From contig NC_068990.1 in the NCBI RefSeq assembly GCF_001194135.2, positions 2,463,460 through 2,523,305 on the forward strand: a stretch of 59,846 nt of DNA, written 5' to 3'. Positions 25,274 through 38,728 of this stretch are shown one piece after another; the stretch's first letter is position 1, and the number at the start of each line of letters is the position of its first letter. The stretch comes from Octopus bimaculoides. Taxonomy: Eukaryota. A program made the translations under genes and the position numbers. Under the pieces are notes generated by a model that saw only the letters and a program-made list of their open reading frames with translations, was not told where the DNA came from and did not search any database.

Positions 25274-25833
25274 ATCTCAGCATACGCGGACGATGTCACC
25301 ATCATGGTGTCGGACGCCTCCGAAGTGGTTGGCACCATCCTAAAGGAATATGAGTCGGTTGCAGGGGCTAAAATCAAGGCCGACAAATCGGTTGGTTTGC
25401 GGTTGGCCTCATGGACAGACAGGACGATGCTATCTGATGGCTTCGTCGGACATTGGACCGACGGACCAGTTGAAGTGCTTGGGATCTGGTTCCATCCCAA
25501 ACTCTCGATTGATAAGAACTGGGACGAGATGGCGAACAGTGTTGTCAGGTTGAAAGAACGCTTTCCATGAAAGGTCGGGCAGAGGTGGCGAATGCTTACG
25601 TCGCCTCCGTTAATATTTATCGCCTGACCGGTATGCCTTATCCCAGTTACTGCTTAACCAGGCTGGAGAGTCTCTTATTTAAATTCTTGTGGAAGGGACG
25701 CGTTCCAATGGTCAGGCGCTCGGTCTGCTGCCAGTATGCTCTCAGTGGCGGACTAGGTATGCTGTGGCTTCTAATGCGCAGGCACTCTCTTAGATTACAC
25801 CACCTCCAACGATTTCTGGAGGGTGAACGTGTT
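25274..25833 (+). mobile_element. L1/Tx1-clade LINE, RT C-terminal part
   Basis: SAYADDVTIMVSD...AGAKIKADKSVGL...VEVLGIWF; KGRAEVANAY...FLWKGR...SGGLGM. Confidence 0.92.
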
Positions 25834-26258
25834 TTTTGCAGTAAATTTTGTCTGAAAAATTCTACTTTTTTACTGGAAAATAAGGTAAAAGTGTGACGTA
25901 GAAAGATATCACGTATAAAGGAAGCGGACGAATTAGATTACGATGTCAGAAGGGAGGAGGTTAAAAGGAAAATATAAAGCTTTAAAAGCATAGGATAAGA
26001 ATAGATAGTGATAATATGTAAAGAGATAAAAAAAAAGTAAGATAATGACAGCCCTGACTTACTGCAAGGACAGTTATTAACCCAAAAGATGTAGGGTAAG
26101 GTTTAAGGTATTTACACTATTACAATGAGGGGAAGACTAGACGAAGTTTTCACCACATCTTGGTAACGTCCTGGTTCCAAATATTTTTGTCGCTATCACG
26201 AAAAAAGATGCTCAGTGAAGCAATGAAGTTAATTTAGGCCTAATATCGATAATATATT

Positions 26259-26816
26259 CTATTCTGGGCACAATGGCCGAAATTTTGGGGGAGTGGGGCC
26301 AGTCGATTAGATTGATCCCATAACGCAACTGGTAGTNNNNNNNNNNGTATGCTAACGTTTCTTATTTCTTTATTGCCCACAAGGGGCTAAACATAGAGGG
26401 GACAAACAAGGACAGACAAAGGGATTAAGTCGATTACATCCAACCCCAGTGCGTAACTGGTACTTAATTTATCGACCCAGAAAGGATAAAAGACAAAGTC
26501 GACACCGGCAGAATTTGAACTCAGAATGTAACGACAGACAAAATATCGGTAAGAATTTCGCCCGGCGTGCTAACGTTTCTGCCAGCGCGTCGCCTAAAAA
26601 CTTTTGCTTTATTCTTTTCTATTCTAGGTACATGGCCTGAAATTTGAGAGAGGGGGCCAGCCGTTAGATCGACCCTAGTACGAAACTGGTAATTCATTTA
26701 TCGACTCCGAAAGGCAAAGTCGACCTCGGCGGAATTTGAACTCAGAATATAATGACAAACGAAATACTGCTAAGCATTTCGCCCGGCGCGTTAGCGCTTC
26801 TGCCATCTCGCCGCCT
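26259..26816 (-). mobile_element. Three head-to-tail SINE family 2 copies (26259-26336 partial, 26355-26595, 26615-26816)
   Basis: Reverse complements of the 24.8-25.2 kb SINE (GAATTTGAACTCAGAAT, TAAGCATTTCGCCCGGCG). Confidence 0.85.
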
Positions 26817-27544
26817 TATGACCTGCATATATTACGAAAGAAAGTGTATGACGTTGACATTCTGAAGATATAAAATGATTTTTGTTGCTAAACTGTTTTA
26901 GTCACCTGGAGCATTAATGGTATTAAAAGAGGAGAAAAATATTGCCAATACATTATTTTAGATAACGAAGTTTTGGAAATGTTTTGAGCGTAGAAGTATG
27001 TTCTAAAAAAAAAATTGCAGTGTATTTGATATTGAGAAATAGATAATGCAATATTTCTATTGTTCAAAAGAATACAACAAAAGCCTTTTATATTTCTGTG
27101 TAAGGAAAAACAATAAAAGAAATCATTTCAACAGATTTCGATTTGTGCCTATTTGTTTATATTCATATAATTTATTTTTGTGATCTGCACTGTTTACTAA
27201 ATTATTTGTTCTGAAGCAGTGTGTTGTAACTAAAACAATTACTCTGCGGATAAATCCGTTTAACAAAGACGAAAATTAAACATGTCTAAACTTATCTACG
27301 ATTTAATAATTACGTAATTAACTTACATTTTATTATGATGAACACACTAACTTATTTCACTCACATAATAAATGGTTTATTTTTTTCTACTTTACATGTA
27401 TTAATTAAAATACAATACGTAGGTTAATTTCAACACATATACTGCATAAACCGTTTTCTATCTAGATATCTCTGCTCGAGTAGAAAATGTTGGAATTTAT
27501 TCATTGAATAGTTTCAACATATACACATCCTACAAATCATACAT

Positions 27545-28255
27545 ACATACTTGTGCCAAAATTTGAAACTACAATAATACCCACATTCTCCTTCCCCCTT
27601 CATCGTCACCCCTCCCTCGTACCCCTACCCCAACCCTACACATTCCAACCCCACCTTCCCTAATTTCCCCTCCAACTCCACCCCATCCCTTACACCCCCT
27701 CCCACATATCCCCTCTACTCCCACCCTCTGCCTACTCACATACAACATCTGTACCCCACCCTCAGCCTAACACACACCCCACCCTTACTTTCCCCACTCT
27801 CGCCTCCCCTACCTCCCAACACCAACAAAACTCACTACTACATCATACACAACACGACATCACATCATACACCACCACGCACACACTAGCACTGACCACT
27901 TCCCAGCCCCAAATCGTCACACCTACACATGCACACACGCAGGCGTCAAGGTCACCATCCGGCTTCCACACGCACATACATACTCTCCTATACACACGCA
28001 CCTTCCTTTTCGGATCACCACTACTTTATTATCTCCCCTTCTTCCTAGCTCTCCTGTGTGAACCTTCTGAGCGGCATTCGCCATGATAGATCACTAGCCA
28101 CTACACATTCTTTATTTTCACTCCTTGTTTCTTTCTGTGTTCCTTTCTGTGGAAGAGCGTAGGCTCGAAACGTTAAATACTTTTTCACCTCTCGAGCGTT
28201 AAACTAATACATCTGTTTGTTGTCTACACCACCTGTCTTCGTCTTTTTTTGTGGA
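27545..28255 (+). mobile_element. PLE-like 3' region (C-rich) ending in a hammerhead-like motif (family C)
   Basis: C/A-rich tract followed by a hammerhead-like fold at 28144-28177; no ORF left. Confidence 0.5.
28144..28177 (+). ncRNA. Minimal hammerhead-like motif with variant core CUGUGGA (family C)
   Basis: TTT-CTGTGGA-A-GAGC-GTAG-GCTC-GAAAC-GTT-AAA; perfect stem II, palindromic AACGTT stem III. Confidence 0.6.
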
Positions 28256-28376
28256 TCCTCTCTCTCTCTCTATATATATATATATATGTATGTATAGGAG
28301 AGTATTGGAATTCGCTTGAAGCATTGTATATTGTTTGTAAAGAATAAAAAGTTTTGAATGGTATAACAATGCACTA

Positions 28377-28419
<43 letters not shown>

Positions 28420-28481
28420 TAATGTTAGCGTCGTATGAAGCTAAATTTATAAGTTCTAAAATTGCAGAAGAATTCGTAGCT

Positions 28482-28554
28482 GGGCTGTTTGGTTTAATGG
28501 TAAAACACTTGACATGTAATCACAGAGATGTGAGTTCGAGTCTCATGGCTGGCC
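28482..28554 (+). tRNA. tRNA-like cloverleaf, Thr(TGT)-like, probably a pseudogene or SINE head
   Basis: D arm GTTT/AAAC, anticodon loop CATGTAA, T arm GTGAG-TTCGAGT-CTCAT; acceptor and anticodon stems imperfect. Confidence 0.5.
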
Positions 28555-29559
28555 GGCAACGTATTTTTATGCGTTATATGGATAAGTTATCCTCATCACG
28601 CTCTTTATAGCATTATCACGCGTTTGAGAAATAAACTTATTTCTGTATATTATTATAATAATTATTATTAAAACGTCATGATCTCAACTGCTTTACCCAC
28701 GCTAAACTGCAACACAGGCGATCTTCTATAATCTTAAAGTCTGTGTCACATTTTACTTTTAGAATAAAGTATTGTGCTTATGCATTAAGTCCGTTGTCTT
28801 GCTATGAGATATTTTTTGTCTGTTCTGGGTAGTGTTTCCTCCATTGTATTGAATATACGTTATGGTTACGGTTATAATCCATAAATTTCTAGAAACAGCT
28901 TATACTCTCGTCTTCACATACTTTATATGAATCTCACAAAGCTCCTCCGTTTTTTAAGGTTTACAATCAGGATTGAAATTTGCGCTACATGTTAATGAAA
29001 TACACTAATTTTTTACCGTGGTGCTGATGTTATTTTCTCTGCATTATCATCGTCAGCTGAATATACTACCTCAGACTCGTTATGTATCAATTCACCATTT
29101 GCTATAAAAAGGTCGAATTTAAGTATTCCAATGTTTTCATAATTCCTCAGGTTTCTCAATTTATTAACAATTATAATATTTTTTTATGTTTTAAAATTCA
29201 TTTCGCTTAAATTAACATCGAGGACAAATTCAACTTCAATTTGCTGTTCTCTCAATAATAACTAAATCTTTGGTTTCATCTCCATGTTCCTATTGCTTTT
29301 GATACACATTAGCATTATTAAAACAACAGTTTATGTAATTATGAATATTTTATGCATTTATAGGAATTTCTACCATTAAAGTACAATACGCTTTCTTTAT
29401 TTGCTAGATTTTACTCTTTATTTCTTTCCTGGCAGTATCTGATCTGATTTTTCCCTAAATCTTAAAGTTTTCTATCTAAATAGATTGTTTAAAAGAATAA
29501 TCTCTCAAAGTTACACAGTAATCAGCAGTTAGAGTAATATTTGCTTCTGATTTAGGCAC

Positions 29560-29673
29560 AAAGTCAACAGTTTTGAGAGGAAGGCGTAAGTCATTAGCAT
29601 CGATGCCAGTACTTGTCTAGAGCATAATTTTATCGACCTTTAGAAAGACGAAAGGCAAAGCTGACCTCGGTCG
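29560..29673 (-). mobile_element. SINE family 2, partial
   Basis: TTTTATCGACC...GAAAGGCAAAG.TGACCTCGG matches the copies at 26.4-26.8 kb. Confidence 0.6.
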
Positions 29674-31719
29674 TAGATTTTTACAGGTTGAGTAATGATA
29701 TATTACGTTTAAAATGTTTTACATAAGAGTTTTACTTACTTGTGTCTGAATATTTACATGAGTATGCACCATAATTTATTATCTCATTAGTAGTAAAAGG
29801 CAAATTCAGAACTATAGGCTTTTAAACCCTTTATTAGAAAAACGATGCCTAATAAAATAATAGATTTATTTTTACGTATTGATCGTTTCTGTCGCAGCAT
29901 CACTCCCAGAAGGTTTATTGATTTATCTTTTCAGACCACAGTATCAATTATATGCGTGATATGATGTTTATTCAACCGACAAAGAGAAATGACTAATTAT
30001 AAAATTATCGACACTGCAATATTGAAAATATATAGTCATATTGGTGAGATTTAAATTACGAACGTGGTGGGACAGAACGAAATGCTTTCAGACAATTTGA
30101 TAATGGTATAATTTCTATCACATACTCAACTGACAGTGGAGTATTGGTTACCTCCTTGTGTTTAAGCACAACCCTTACAATACGCTTAGATGTCTTTACA
30201 ATGTGCAAAGAGTCCCTCAGAGTCTTTCATATGCAATTGAGTCTTTCATACGCTCTCAGAGACTTTTATATGCAATTGATAAATGCATGTTATCTGATAT
30301 AAAATTTAATTACTAGAAACGAAAGGAATTTCCTTCTCTACATATCTAGTTTAATGTATTTTATGGTATCCCAGCATGTCCCCATTCAATTGGCGGAAAC
30401 TTGTAAAAGATTACTTACTATTATATTGACGAATATCTACAATATATTTTCCAGTTATATTCCATCGTGTATGGAGGTTCTTGTTTTCCATTTCGCTTTT
30501 CTTGCAACAAATTTCGATTTTAATATTTCGTAGCCCCTTCATAAAATGTGATATTGAATACAGCTTCAGTGCGTATTTAATATTCAAATAACTGGTTAAA
30601 AAAAGACCGAAAAACCAAAGGCACAAAAAACATATTTTCCTTTTAATAAACATTGATAAAAAATCATTACATATATTTTTTACCAGTAGTTTTTAAGATA
30701 TGAAAGAAATACAAAAGAAATCGATGAACCGACAAGGAGACGAATAGTGTTCGAAAATTGTTCTATGGACACGTTGGATGGCAATGATAATGTTAAATAT
30801 TATTGTCAAAATTCTTCTCTTTTGTCTTGTAGCAATGAAGGTTCAAAGCATTTCGTCCTGTCCCAGCACATTCGTAATTCAAATCTCAATAATATGACTA
30901 TATATTTTCAATATTATTGTTTCGATCATTTTATACTAGTCATTTCCTTTTGTCGATTGAAGAAACATCATATCACGGATATGTCAATTGTTATATGTCA
31001 ATTATATTTCTCAGATCACCGATAGCGAAACTCATTTCACCGATTTTAAATTGTAAAAGGAAACTGAATTTCGTGATTAATTTAAATGGATCAAAGGAAA
31101 AAGATGTTACTCTTGCTTCTCATGGTGAAAACGCATATCAAAAAGCAATCCAGCCGTGACAATGTCTTCATATATTCTCCGATAGAGTGTCTCGTGGTTT
31201 ACATTAGCCCTTGTGTACTTCATGTTTAATACCGTACAAAGTGAGTGTTGTGGGTGTTATATCTAGCAGGTACAATGAAGAGGTAGAGGCCCCTTTGTTG
31301 GAATGTAGATTTATTAATAGATTAACGGATTCTCAGGCGACAAAACAAGATTATAGGTTCCACAACTCCCATTGATGTATATATTTTAAACCCTGTTATG
31401 TTGCTGTTCGGTTTTCGGTTGTGCAGGAAAATCAAATAGCATCGATTATATCACTTCTACATGAATATCTATTATCGATTATATATATATTCCTTACACT
31501 AACAATATACCAAAATATAAAGAAATATGACAAGTTGGAATCCAGTATATATTGATTCGTTGTGATACTTCACTGAAAAGTAGAAAAATATGAAATTGGA
31601 AGCAAGAATGATAATGCTATTTATGCAATTCGAATCCTACATTACGGTTTTCCAGGAGAATCATTAGAGCGTTGGACAAAATGACTAGCAACTTTACCTA
31701 CTCATTACGTTTTAAGTGC

Positions 31720-32075
31720 AAATACAACCGAGGCCGAATTTACCTTTAATCGGGGCAATGAAATGAATACCGCTCAAGTACTGTTGTTAAGGCATTTTAC
31801 GGGCTCCGTTTCCTCAAAATTGCTGACATTGTGCAAAAATTTGAATGAATTATTATTATTAAGGTGGTGAGCTAGCAGAATCAATAGAACTTCAGAAAAA
31901 AATGTCTATCGGCATTTCTTATGGAGCTTTATATTCCGATTTCAAATTCTGTCGAGGTTGACTCTGCTTTTCAACGTTCGGCTTTGAAAAAGTAGGTACC
32001 ATTCAAATACTACGATTGATGTAATCCAAAACTGTAATCAAAAACTGCTGGCCCTCTGTCGAATTAGAAACCATT
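31720..32075 (+). mobile_element. Two degenerate head-to-tail SINE family 2 copies
   Basis: (TTA)n then AAGGTGGTGAGCTAGCAGAATC...TTCAAATTCTGTCGAGGTTGAC; an older 3' half lies upstream. Confidence 0.6.
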
Positions 32076-32089
32076 ATTATTCCACTTGT

Positions 32090-32490
32090 CACACAGTATT
32101 TGTTGCTGGTTATGTAATATGGTTGGGAAGCATATTTAAAGAACTGGGGTTTCAACATTAATTGTTAAGCAGTCCCAAGGAAAGCTGATTTCCGTAAGCG
32201 GTCCACCATGACGTTGTTCCCATTTTAAAAAGAAGTTTTCAGTTCTGCCGCTCACATTTCCGAACACTCCGACTACAACTGGGACCACATCAACCGCTTT
32301 CATTTCCCAAATGTTTTCTCTCTCATGCTGGTAGTTCGTATCTCTTAGCCCTTTTCAATTCTTTGTCAGAAACATCTTATCAGCTGAACAAACCGCATCT
32401 AACATCAAACGGTATTTGTTTACTTCATTAATCCCCACAATACCGAGTTGGTGGTGTTCACTTTCATGGTCACATTGTTCTGCAAGCTAC
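32090..32490 (-). mobile_element. R4/Dong-like LINE, restriction-like endonuclease C-terminus
   Basis: CDHESEHHQLGIV...IWEMKAVDVVPVVVGVFGNVS and LRKSAFLGTA. Confidence 0.75.
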
Positions 32491-32559
32491 CATAAAATCT
32501 TGGCATGAACATTTACCACGATGCCTTCAGGTTTGCACCCATAACATAGTCTTGCTCTT

Positions 32560-34315
32560 GCAAGATTGTGCTTTTTACATGAGGAAAAAACTGTCCCTCT
32601 CGACACCAGCGCAGCAGCGACGGCAGCGGAGGCGGCGGCGGCAGCAGCGCTGGAGGAAGTGACAGCAGCAGCAGTGGCGGAAACAGTGGCGACTGCAGTA
32701 GTAGTAGTAGTATTGGTATTAGTAGGTGCAGCAGCAGCAGCAACAACAACGCAATTCAGCGCACAATAGATTTTAGCGGGAAAAATAATACTACAATTGA
32801 AGGCGGTGATGGCGGTGTGGAGAGTGGCAACTTTGGGAGTGGCCACTACTCCACCACCATCAGGATCAACACCAATAGAAGAAGAAGCAGCAGCAGCAGT
32901 AACAACAGCAACGTCGACGATATCAACAACAAAAACAACGGCAAGAGGTTTTCTGATGTAGCAAATACAAAGAAAGAAGTGTTCACTCTCCTTCTCATGG
33001 ACAACATTCCAGAACTTTCAAAAACAAAAGACATCATCAAAGTTGAAGAGGGTAAGGCATCAGTGCTCGTAGCTCCCGAAATAATAGAGGCAAAAATTAA
33101 AAATACAGCATATTTTAAATGCGCATCACAGGAAAGTAGGTGTTCCGAAATAGCTTCCATCAGTCATGTCAAGAAGGCCCTCAGTGATATTGTAATTGAT
33201 GTGGATCGCATACAGAGAGGGGAGGGGGCAGTTTTCCAGCATTGATGTTCTCTTAAATGTGATAACCTCTCACGAAGACGCGCAGTGCCAGCTCAATGGA
33301 CTGAAGAGTGGATACTGTGTCCCACATACATCTCGAATAGAACGACGGGAATTAGAGTAAACGGTGTGTCACCAGGTGTAAACGTCTGGTGGATCGTTGC
33401 CTGTGCGGTGCAGGACCCATAGTCACACCTGGAGGTAAAAAGGAGCAGTAAGGGTAGAACTGGTGTGGGATCAACTTGGATATATCTATCCGTATGAAAC
33501 CGTAAAATACCGTGAAATTCCTGGACGTTATCCAGCTGCCCAGCGGAGTACAACTACGTGTCATCGTAAATCACAGGAAGCCCAGATGTGACACCTGTGT
33601 GGCCACGAACCACCTGAGATCGTTCATCTCCTAAAAGTGGTGAAGCACGCGCCACGCCTGCAGCCTACAGCACACCCCCAACAACAACAGAAGCACGTGA
33701 ACCCCATACAATGGGAAAAACAAGCCAGGGTATCTGTGAAACCAGCACCCCTCTCACACTTTCCAAAGCTTATACCAACAGAAGCACACTCACACCATCA
33801 TAGAAACACTCACACACCCCGACACAGACTATATAGACACTATCCTCTACTCATCTCGTAGTGAAGATGAGGAAGAACCCCACAAATTAAAAACTCAAAA
33901 GGCAAAGGAAACAGAAAACAAAAGAACCTACATCAACACGCGAGAACACGGAAACCATCAACACATCGAACACAGGCACATAAAAAACAACACCAAATCT
34001 ACCATCCCCATAACCACCACTACCACAACCAAATTCACCAATGCATTCAAACACCACAAAAAACCCCCAAAATTCCAGTCAGTTGCGTGAGGCCTTTCGC
34101 CAGTAACTTGGTCGGTTGTTCGGAGAGAGTGGCGGGGCGGAGATAATCGCAGACTTCAGTCTCTACCTTGACGGCTTGCCGTGTCTCTCGGTGGCCGACG
34201 TTTACCGCTGTGAACGACAGATAACTTCAGCAGAAATTCAGGATGCCCCTGTCGGTTGCACGGCGCAAGTCACGCGCTTTAAATGGTCTATCTTATGAAC
34301 CTTACGTAAATATGC
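32560..34315 (+). mobile_element. L1/Tx1-clade LINE 5' part: ORF1 with zinc knuckle, joined directly to the ORF2 linker (endonuclease deleted)
   Basis: Low-complexity N-terminus; NWCGINLDISIRMKP...RVIVNHRKPRCDTCVATNHLRSF (CCHC-like); RLFGESGG...KSRALNGLSYEPY (cf. KSPGxDGLPxEFY); shares CGGTTGTTCGG.GAGAG.GG with ~20450. Confidence 0.8.
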
Positions 34316-34344
34316 CAAAGCTGTGCTGTATAGCATTAAGGAGT

Positions 34345-34358
34345 TTCTTCTTCTTCTT

Positions 34359-34446
<88 letters not shown>

Positions 34447-34480
34447 GTAGTAGTAGTAGTAGTAGTTGTTGTTGTTGTTG
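34345..34480. repeat. Compound trinucleotide microsatellite (TTC)n(TTA)n(TAG)n(TTG)n
   Basis: Read directly. Confidence 0.97.
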
Positions 34481-34979
34481 TATCACGATATTGATAACTT
34501 AATTTGTATGCTGAACATTTGTTGTACTGCAGAGAGTTGCTATATGGGCGTTAGAAGGATGCGGTGTGCGGTACTAAATGTACAATAATATATTTGTAAA
34601 TCTGTGTGCAGCGCCTACAAACCCTATAGTACGTATACATGTACATTCTGATGTTTTCGATAAGGATTTTTATGCCCCTATCCTAATAAATATTAACGCA
34701 TCTATTTTTATTGCAAGTTTTTTTTTTTCCTATGTCTTTTCTGTACTTTGCCTGCCTTTATTTTAACATGACGTTTTGAAGTACTATTTTACAGCTTCGA
34801 CTTCACATTACAAAGACAAGTTGCTTTTTTTCTTTTTCTTTATAACCATTTCAAAATTCGGTCTGTTTCATTTATGTAGGCAAGAGAAGCAGAAATAATA
34901 ATTTTGCTTTGTTTCTTGCATTATATATTTTTTTCCTAGAAGATCTACATTTAGTATTTCATAATTTTCACGTTACAGC

Positions 34980-35640
34980 TAAATCTTCTTGGAAAATCTA
35001 GTGTTATAATTTCAGGTGGTGCATTCCGAAGGCAGTCATTATTTTCCTTACATTCCCGACTACCATGGTTGGTAATATTATAAGTATAACCTATTTCTAG
35101 ACTGTTACAATATTGATTGTTTTTTACCATTGTATTTGTCATTGGCACTGTTTTAATTATCAAACTAATATTTTTTTATATATGCTGGACACTGTTTCCT
35201 TCGTTAATTCCTTAGAATTTGTAAGTCTGTATTTCGTTTCATTATCTTTGGTTCTTTATCCTACAGGAAATTAGTGGTGTATACTAATTTCCTCGCAATG
35301 TTGTCTTGGCGGATTTTTCTAAATCGAATTTCATACTAATACTTCTGTAGAATCCATGTAATGCGACGTAACAGTTTTTTCAGTCATCGACGTCTTCGCC
35401 TTATAATTTAAGTTCATCTATAAGTATATAAAAAAAATACATGTCTAGTTTCTTCCTGTCACATCTGCATCCGATGCTTATGTGATTTATCATGGTCATT
35501 GAACCTGCTAATACAATGAAGACAGGGAAGAGAACGAAGCAGTTCCCTTGGAAAATTTCTTTTCTCAAAAAGATGGGATTTATTTTTATATTCAAGTCGT
35601 TAGTTTTCAATATCCAATGTCATGTCCAAACTTTTTTTTA
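34980..35640 (-). mobile_element. R4/Dong-like RT relic (old)
   Basis: IFQGNCF, YILIDELKL (YMDDLKL-like), SISMKFDLEKSAKTTLRG. Confidence 0.6.
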
Positions 35641-36099
35641 AACTCACACTCTCTATAGAATAATTGTTTTCTTACATATCTTCGTCTGCTAATACATCGT
35701 TGATTAGTATTTGATTCAGACACTCATCCGATTGCTTGCGAAATTATTTCTGCTCATCTCGAACATAGATTTTATTACTCTTTAGGTAATTATTTATATT
35801 TTCCAATATTATTGTCATTAGAATCTTGAAGAAAGACGCCTACTGGTCTAGAAAGACCAAAGAGTAATACAAAAGCAGGAAATAATCTGGAAACAAAGAG
35901 TTATACAAACGCAGGAAATAATCTGGAGAATGTAAATGAACAATTTGCAACATCGTGTCATTGAGTACTCAGGGTTCTAATATTGGGAGGACTTGATTTT
36001 TTCATTTTATTATATCAAAAAGCAGATGCTGCCGATCTTTCCATAACATTTGAATATTTTACTGAGTACTAAAATTCAGTATTAGTATAAAACCAAAAT

Positions 36100-36535
36100 G
36101 CTGTGAAACATCTTAATATTCAATTTCGCCACTAAGTGGCAATTCGTCTGTCGTTGTGTTTTGAGTTGTAATTCCGCCGGGCTCAACTAAGCATTTCATC
36201 CTTCTCGAGGGTGGTAAAATAAGTACCAGTTGAACACTGGAATCGATGTAATCTTGTTAGCCACTTCCCTAAACCTGTTGGGCTTGTGCCAAACTTGAAA
36301 CTGATACTAATTTTTAGAAGGCGGTGAGTTGGCAGAATCATTTGACGCCGGGCAAAATGCTTAGCGGCATTTAATCCACCTATACGTTCTGAGTTCAAAT
36401 TCCGTCGTGGTCGTCTTTGTCTTTCATCGTTTGGAGTCGAAAAGATAAGTACCAGTAGAACAACGGGGTTGATGTAATTGTTTTATCCCCTCCCTTGAAA
36501 TTGCTGGCTTTGTACCCAAATTTGAAATCAATATT
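36100..36535 (+). mobile_element. Two head-to-tail SINE family 2 copies
   Basis: Second copy GGCGGTGAGTTGGCAGAATC...GAGTTCAAATTCCG at 36320; older copy upstream. Confidence 0.75.
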
Positions 36536-38664
36536 TAATTCCGAGACAGGGGCAAAAGTTCTACCAATATTTGTATTTCAATTTCGGGACACCTGTAAAA
36601 ACAACATCAATACGTTAAAATTCCGTACCACATCATGCGATTTTTATTAGACAAATGACTTCCCGTATCTGATGAGAAACTTATACAGAAGTGAAATGAG
36701 TTACTTCTAATAAATGGTTGATTAAGTGGTTATGAATGAAATAGTAGAAATCGGACGTCTCCAAAGCAAGACAAATGGTAGCTTATGTCAAGTAATTTTT
36801 TTATCCTAGTTGATTCCGAGAGAAAACTGAAATTCTACAAGCTCCTAAAATATCTTTTTCGAACAGTATGAGAAATCATGATATAGGATGGGACAATTGA
36901 ACCATCTCAACGCCTCAGCAGTAGCTCGTGCCTATAGTCTTTTCTTAGGAGTAATCAGGAGTATATTTTTCGGTGTTTTGCTTTCGTGGTTCAAGACATC
37001 AGGTTGTCGTTAGAAGGTTACTTGGTATAGTAATTCTGACAGTGTAGACAAACCCGTTTGAAGGTATTTCAGTTTACACTCCCTGTATACTTGTACGTAT
37101 GCACAATTAGGCCCGTACATATAGGCACCTGCCAGCCTTCTTTTTGATAAATATTATTCCATAGAATGAAGCTACGTGGCAAATTCAAATAAGAATAAAA
37201 AATGCAGTTTCTGGATAAGTTTCTAAGTCACATATATTCAATTCTAAGTAACAACATTAGACAGTGCTTTGCACGACTACATATCTTCAATTTCATTTTA
37301 AAATTTCTAATTTCTAAGCAATGAATACAAACGTCGTCAGTGTCTACCTTGACTTTCCTCCTCTTGAGATTCGTTATTTCTAATTATATTTTTCAAACCT
37401 GTTCAAAAATCTGTAAACTTTCGAATACACATGTTGACACTAGCTTATTCTATCTCATATGACTGGATAAAATACGTACAAAATTTATTAAACTAAAAGT
37501 GATACAGACATATTTCCTGCAAAGGATGAAGATTGAAATATATTCAAATATTTAGTGAATAAATCACACACACTGCTTTATATGGTGCATGTATGTATGT
37601 ATGTGTGTGTATANNNNNNNNNNNNNNNNNNNNNNNNNNNNNNNNNNNNNNNNNNNNNNNNNNNNNNNNNNNNNNNNNNNNNNNNNNNNNNNNNNNNNNN
37701 NNNNNNNNNNNNNNNNNNNNNNNNNNNNNNNNNNNNNNNNNNNNNNNNNNNNNNNNNNNNNNNNNNNNNNNNNNNNNNNNNNNNNNNNNNNNNNNNNNNN
37801 NNNNNNNNNNNNNNNNNNNNNNNNNNNNNNNNNNNNNNNNNNNNNNNNNNNNNNNNNNNNNNNNNNNNNNNNNNNNNNNNNNNNNNNNNNNNNNNNNNNN
37901 NNNNNNNNNNNNNNNNNNNNNNNNNTGTCTGTAGGCTGTATAAAGTCAAGATGAATTCCAATATCCGACAGTCTGATTATGGCTTAGTTGGCCCAAACAT
38001 ATAAATCTGTTGGGGATAATTAACTTTTTTACACGTCATTTACATAATTCCTATTGTATCTTCCTGTAACATCCTTGATGTTTTTAACAACATGTAGTGG
38101 AGAATTATTATTAGTATTATTATTATTGTTATTATTATTATTATTATTATTATTGTTGTTGTTGTTGTTGTTGTTGCTGTTGCAGTTATAAAAACAAAGC
38201 TTAGGTTTTGAGCGGTGTCATGGCCAATACGAAAAGTAATGGAGGTAAACTAGCTATCACCTTGGAATATCCCACATTTGATTTTCACTTATCCGAGCTT
38301 TTGTTTTCTTCCGATCAATTCAGTATTCCAATGTTTCACACTTTCATGAAGCATTTTCTCCATGTCTTATGCTATTCAAAACATGCTCATTGTTTTACTT
38401 ATCCGGCTGTGTGGTACCATGTCATATACTTTTTTGTAATCTAGTCATGCTACATTCAGTCCTATCAATTTGTGTCTACAATTTCTAATTATCATTTTAT
38501 CAACAAATAAGTGATTTTGTGTTGCCCTACTTTGTGTCCAGCATCTTTACTGTTCATCTGGATGTACATTGTTATTTTCCATATGGTTGTATAACTCTTC
38601 CACCAAGACACCAGTCATAATCTTCCACATTAGCGGTAAACAGGTTATAGGTTATAGGTCGACA

Positions 38665-38727
<63 letters not shown>

Positions 38728-38728
38728 T

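Noticed and set aside
24818-26816. Clustered repeats as a CRISPR-like array
   Set aside because: They are ~200-bp diverged SINE copies in eukaryotic DNA, with no constant repeat-spacer period and no cas genes.
32487-33245. Ala/Ser-rich ORFs as a host gene
   Set aside because: Continuous with a zinc-knuckle ORF1 and a Tx1 ORF2 linker, so assigned to a LINE.
35221-35293. 46-nt intron-like segment and 11-bp hairpin on +
   Set aside because: It lies antisense within an R4 RT relic; probably incidental.
35858-35927. 36-bp tandem duplication giving an in-frame 12-aa repeat
   Set aside because: The frame is short, bounded by stops and lacks splice support; an ordinary local duplication.
36662-36705. 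CTGATGA...GAAAT as a hammerhead
   Set aside because: Stems I and III do not pair; probably chance.
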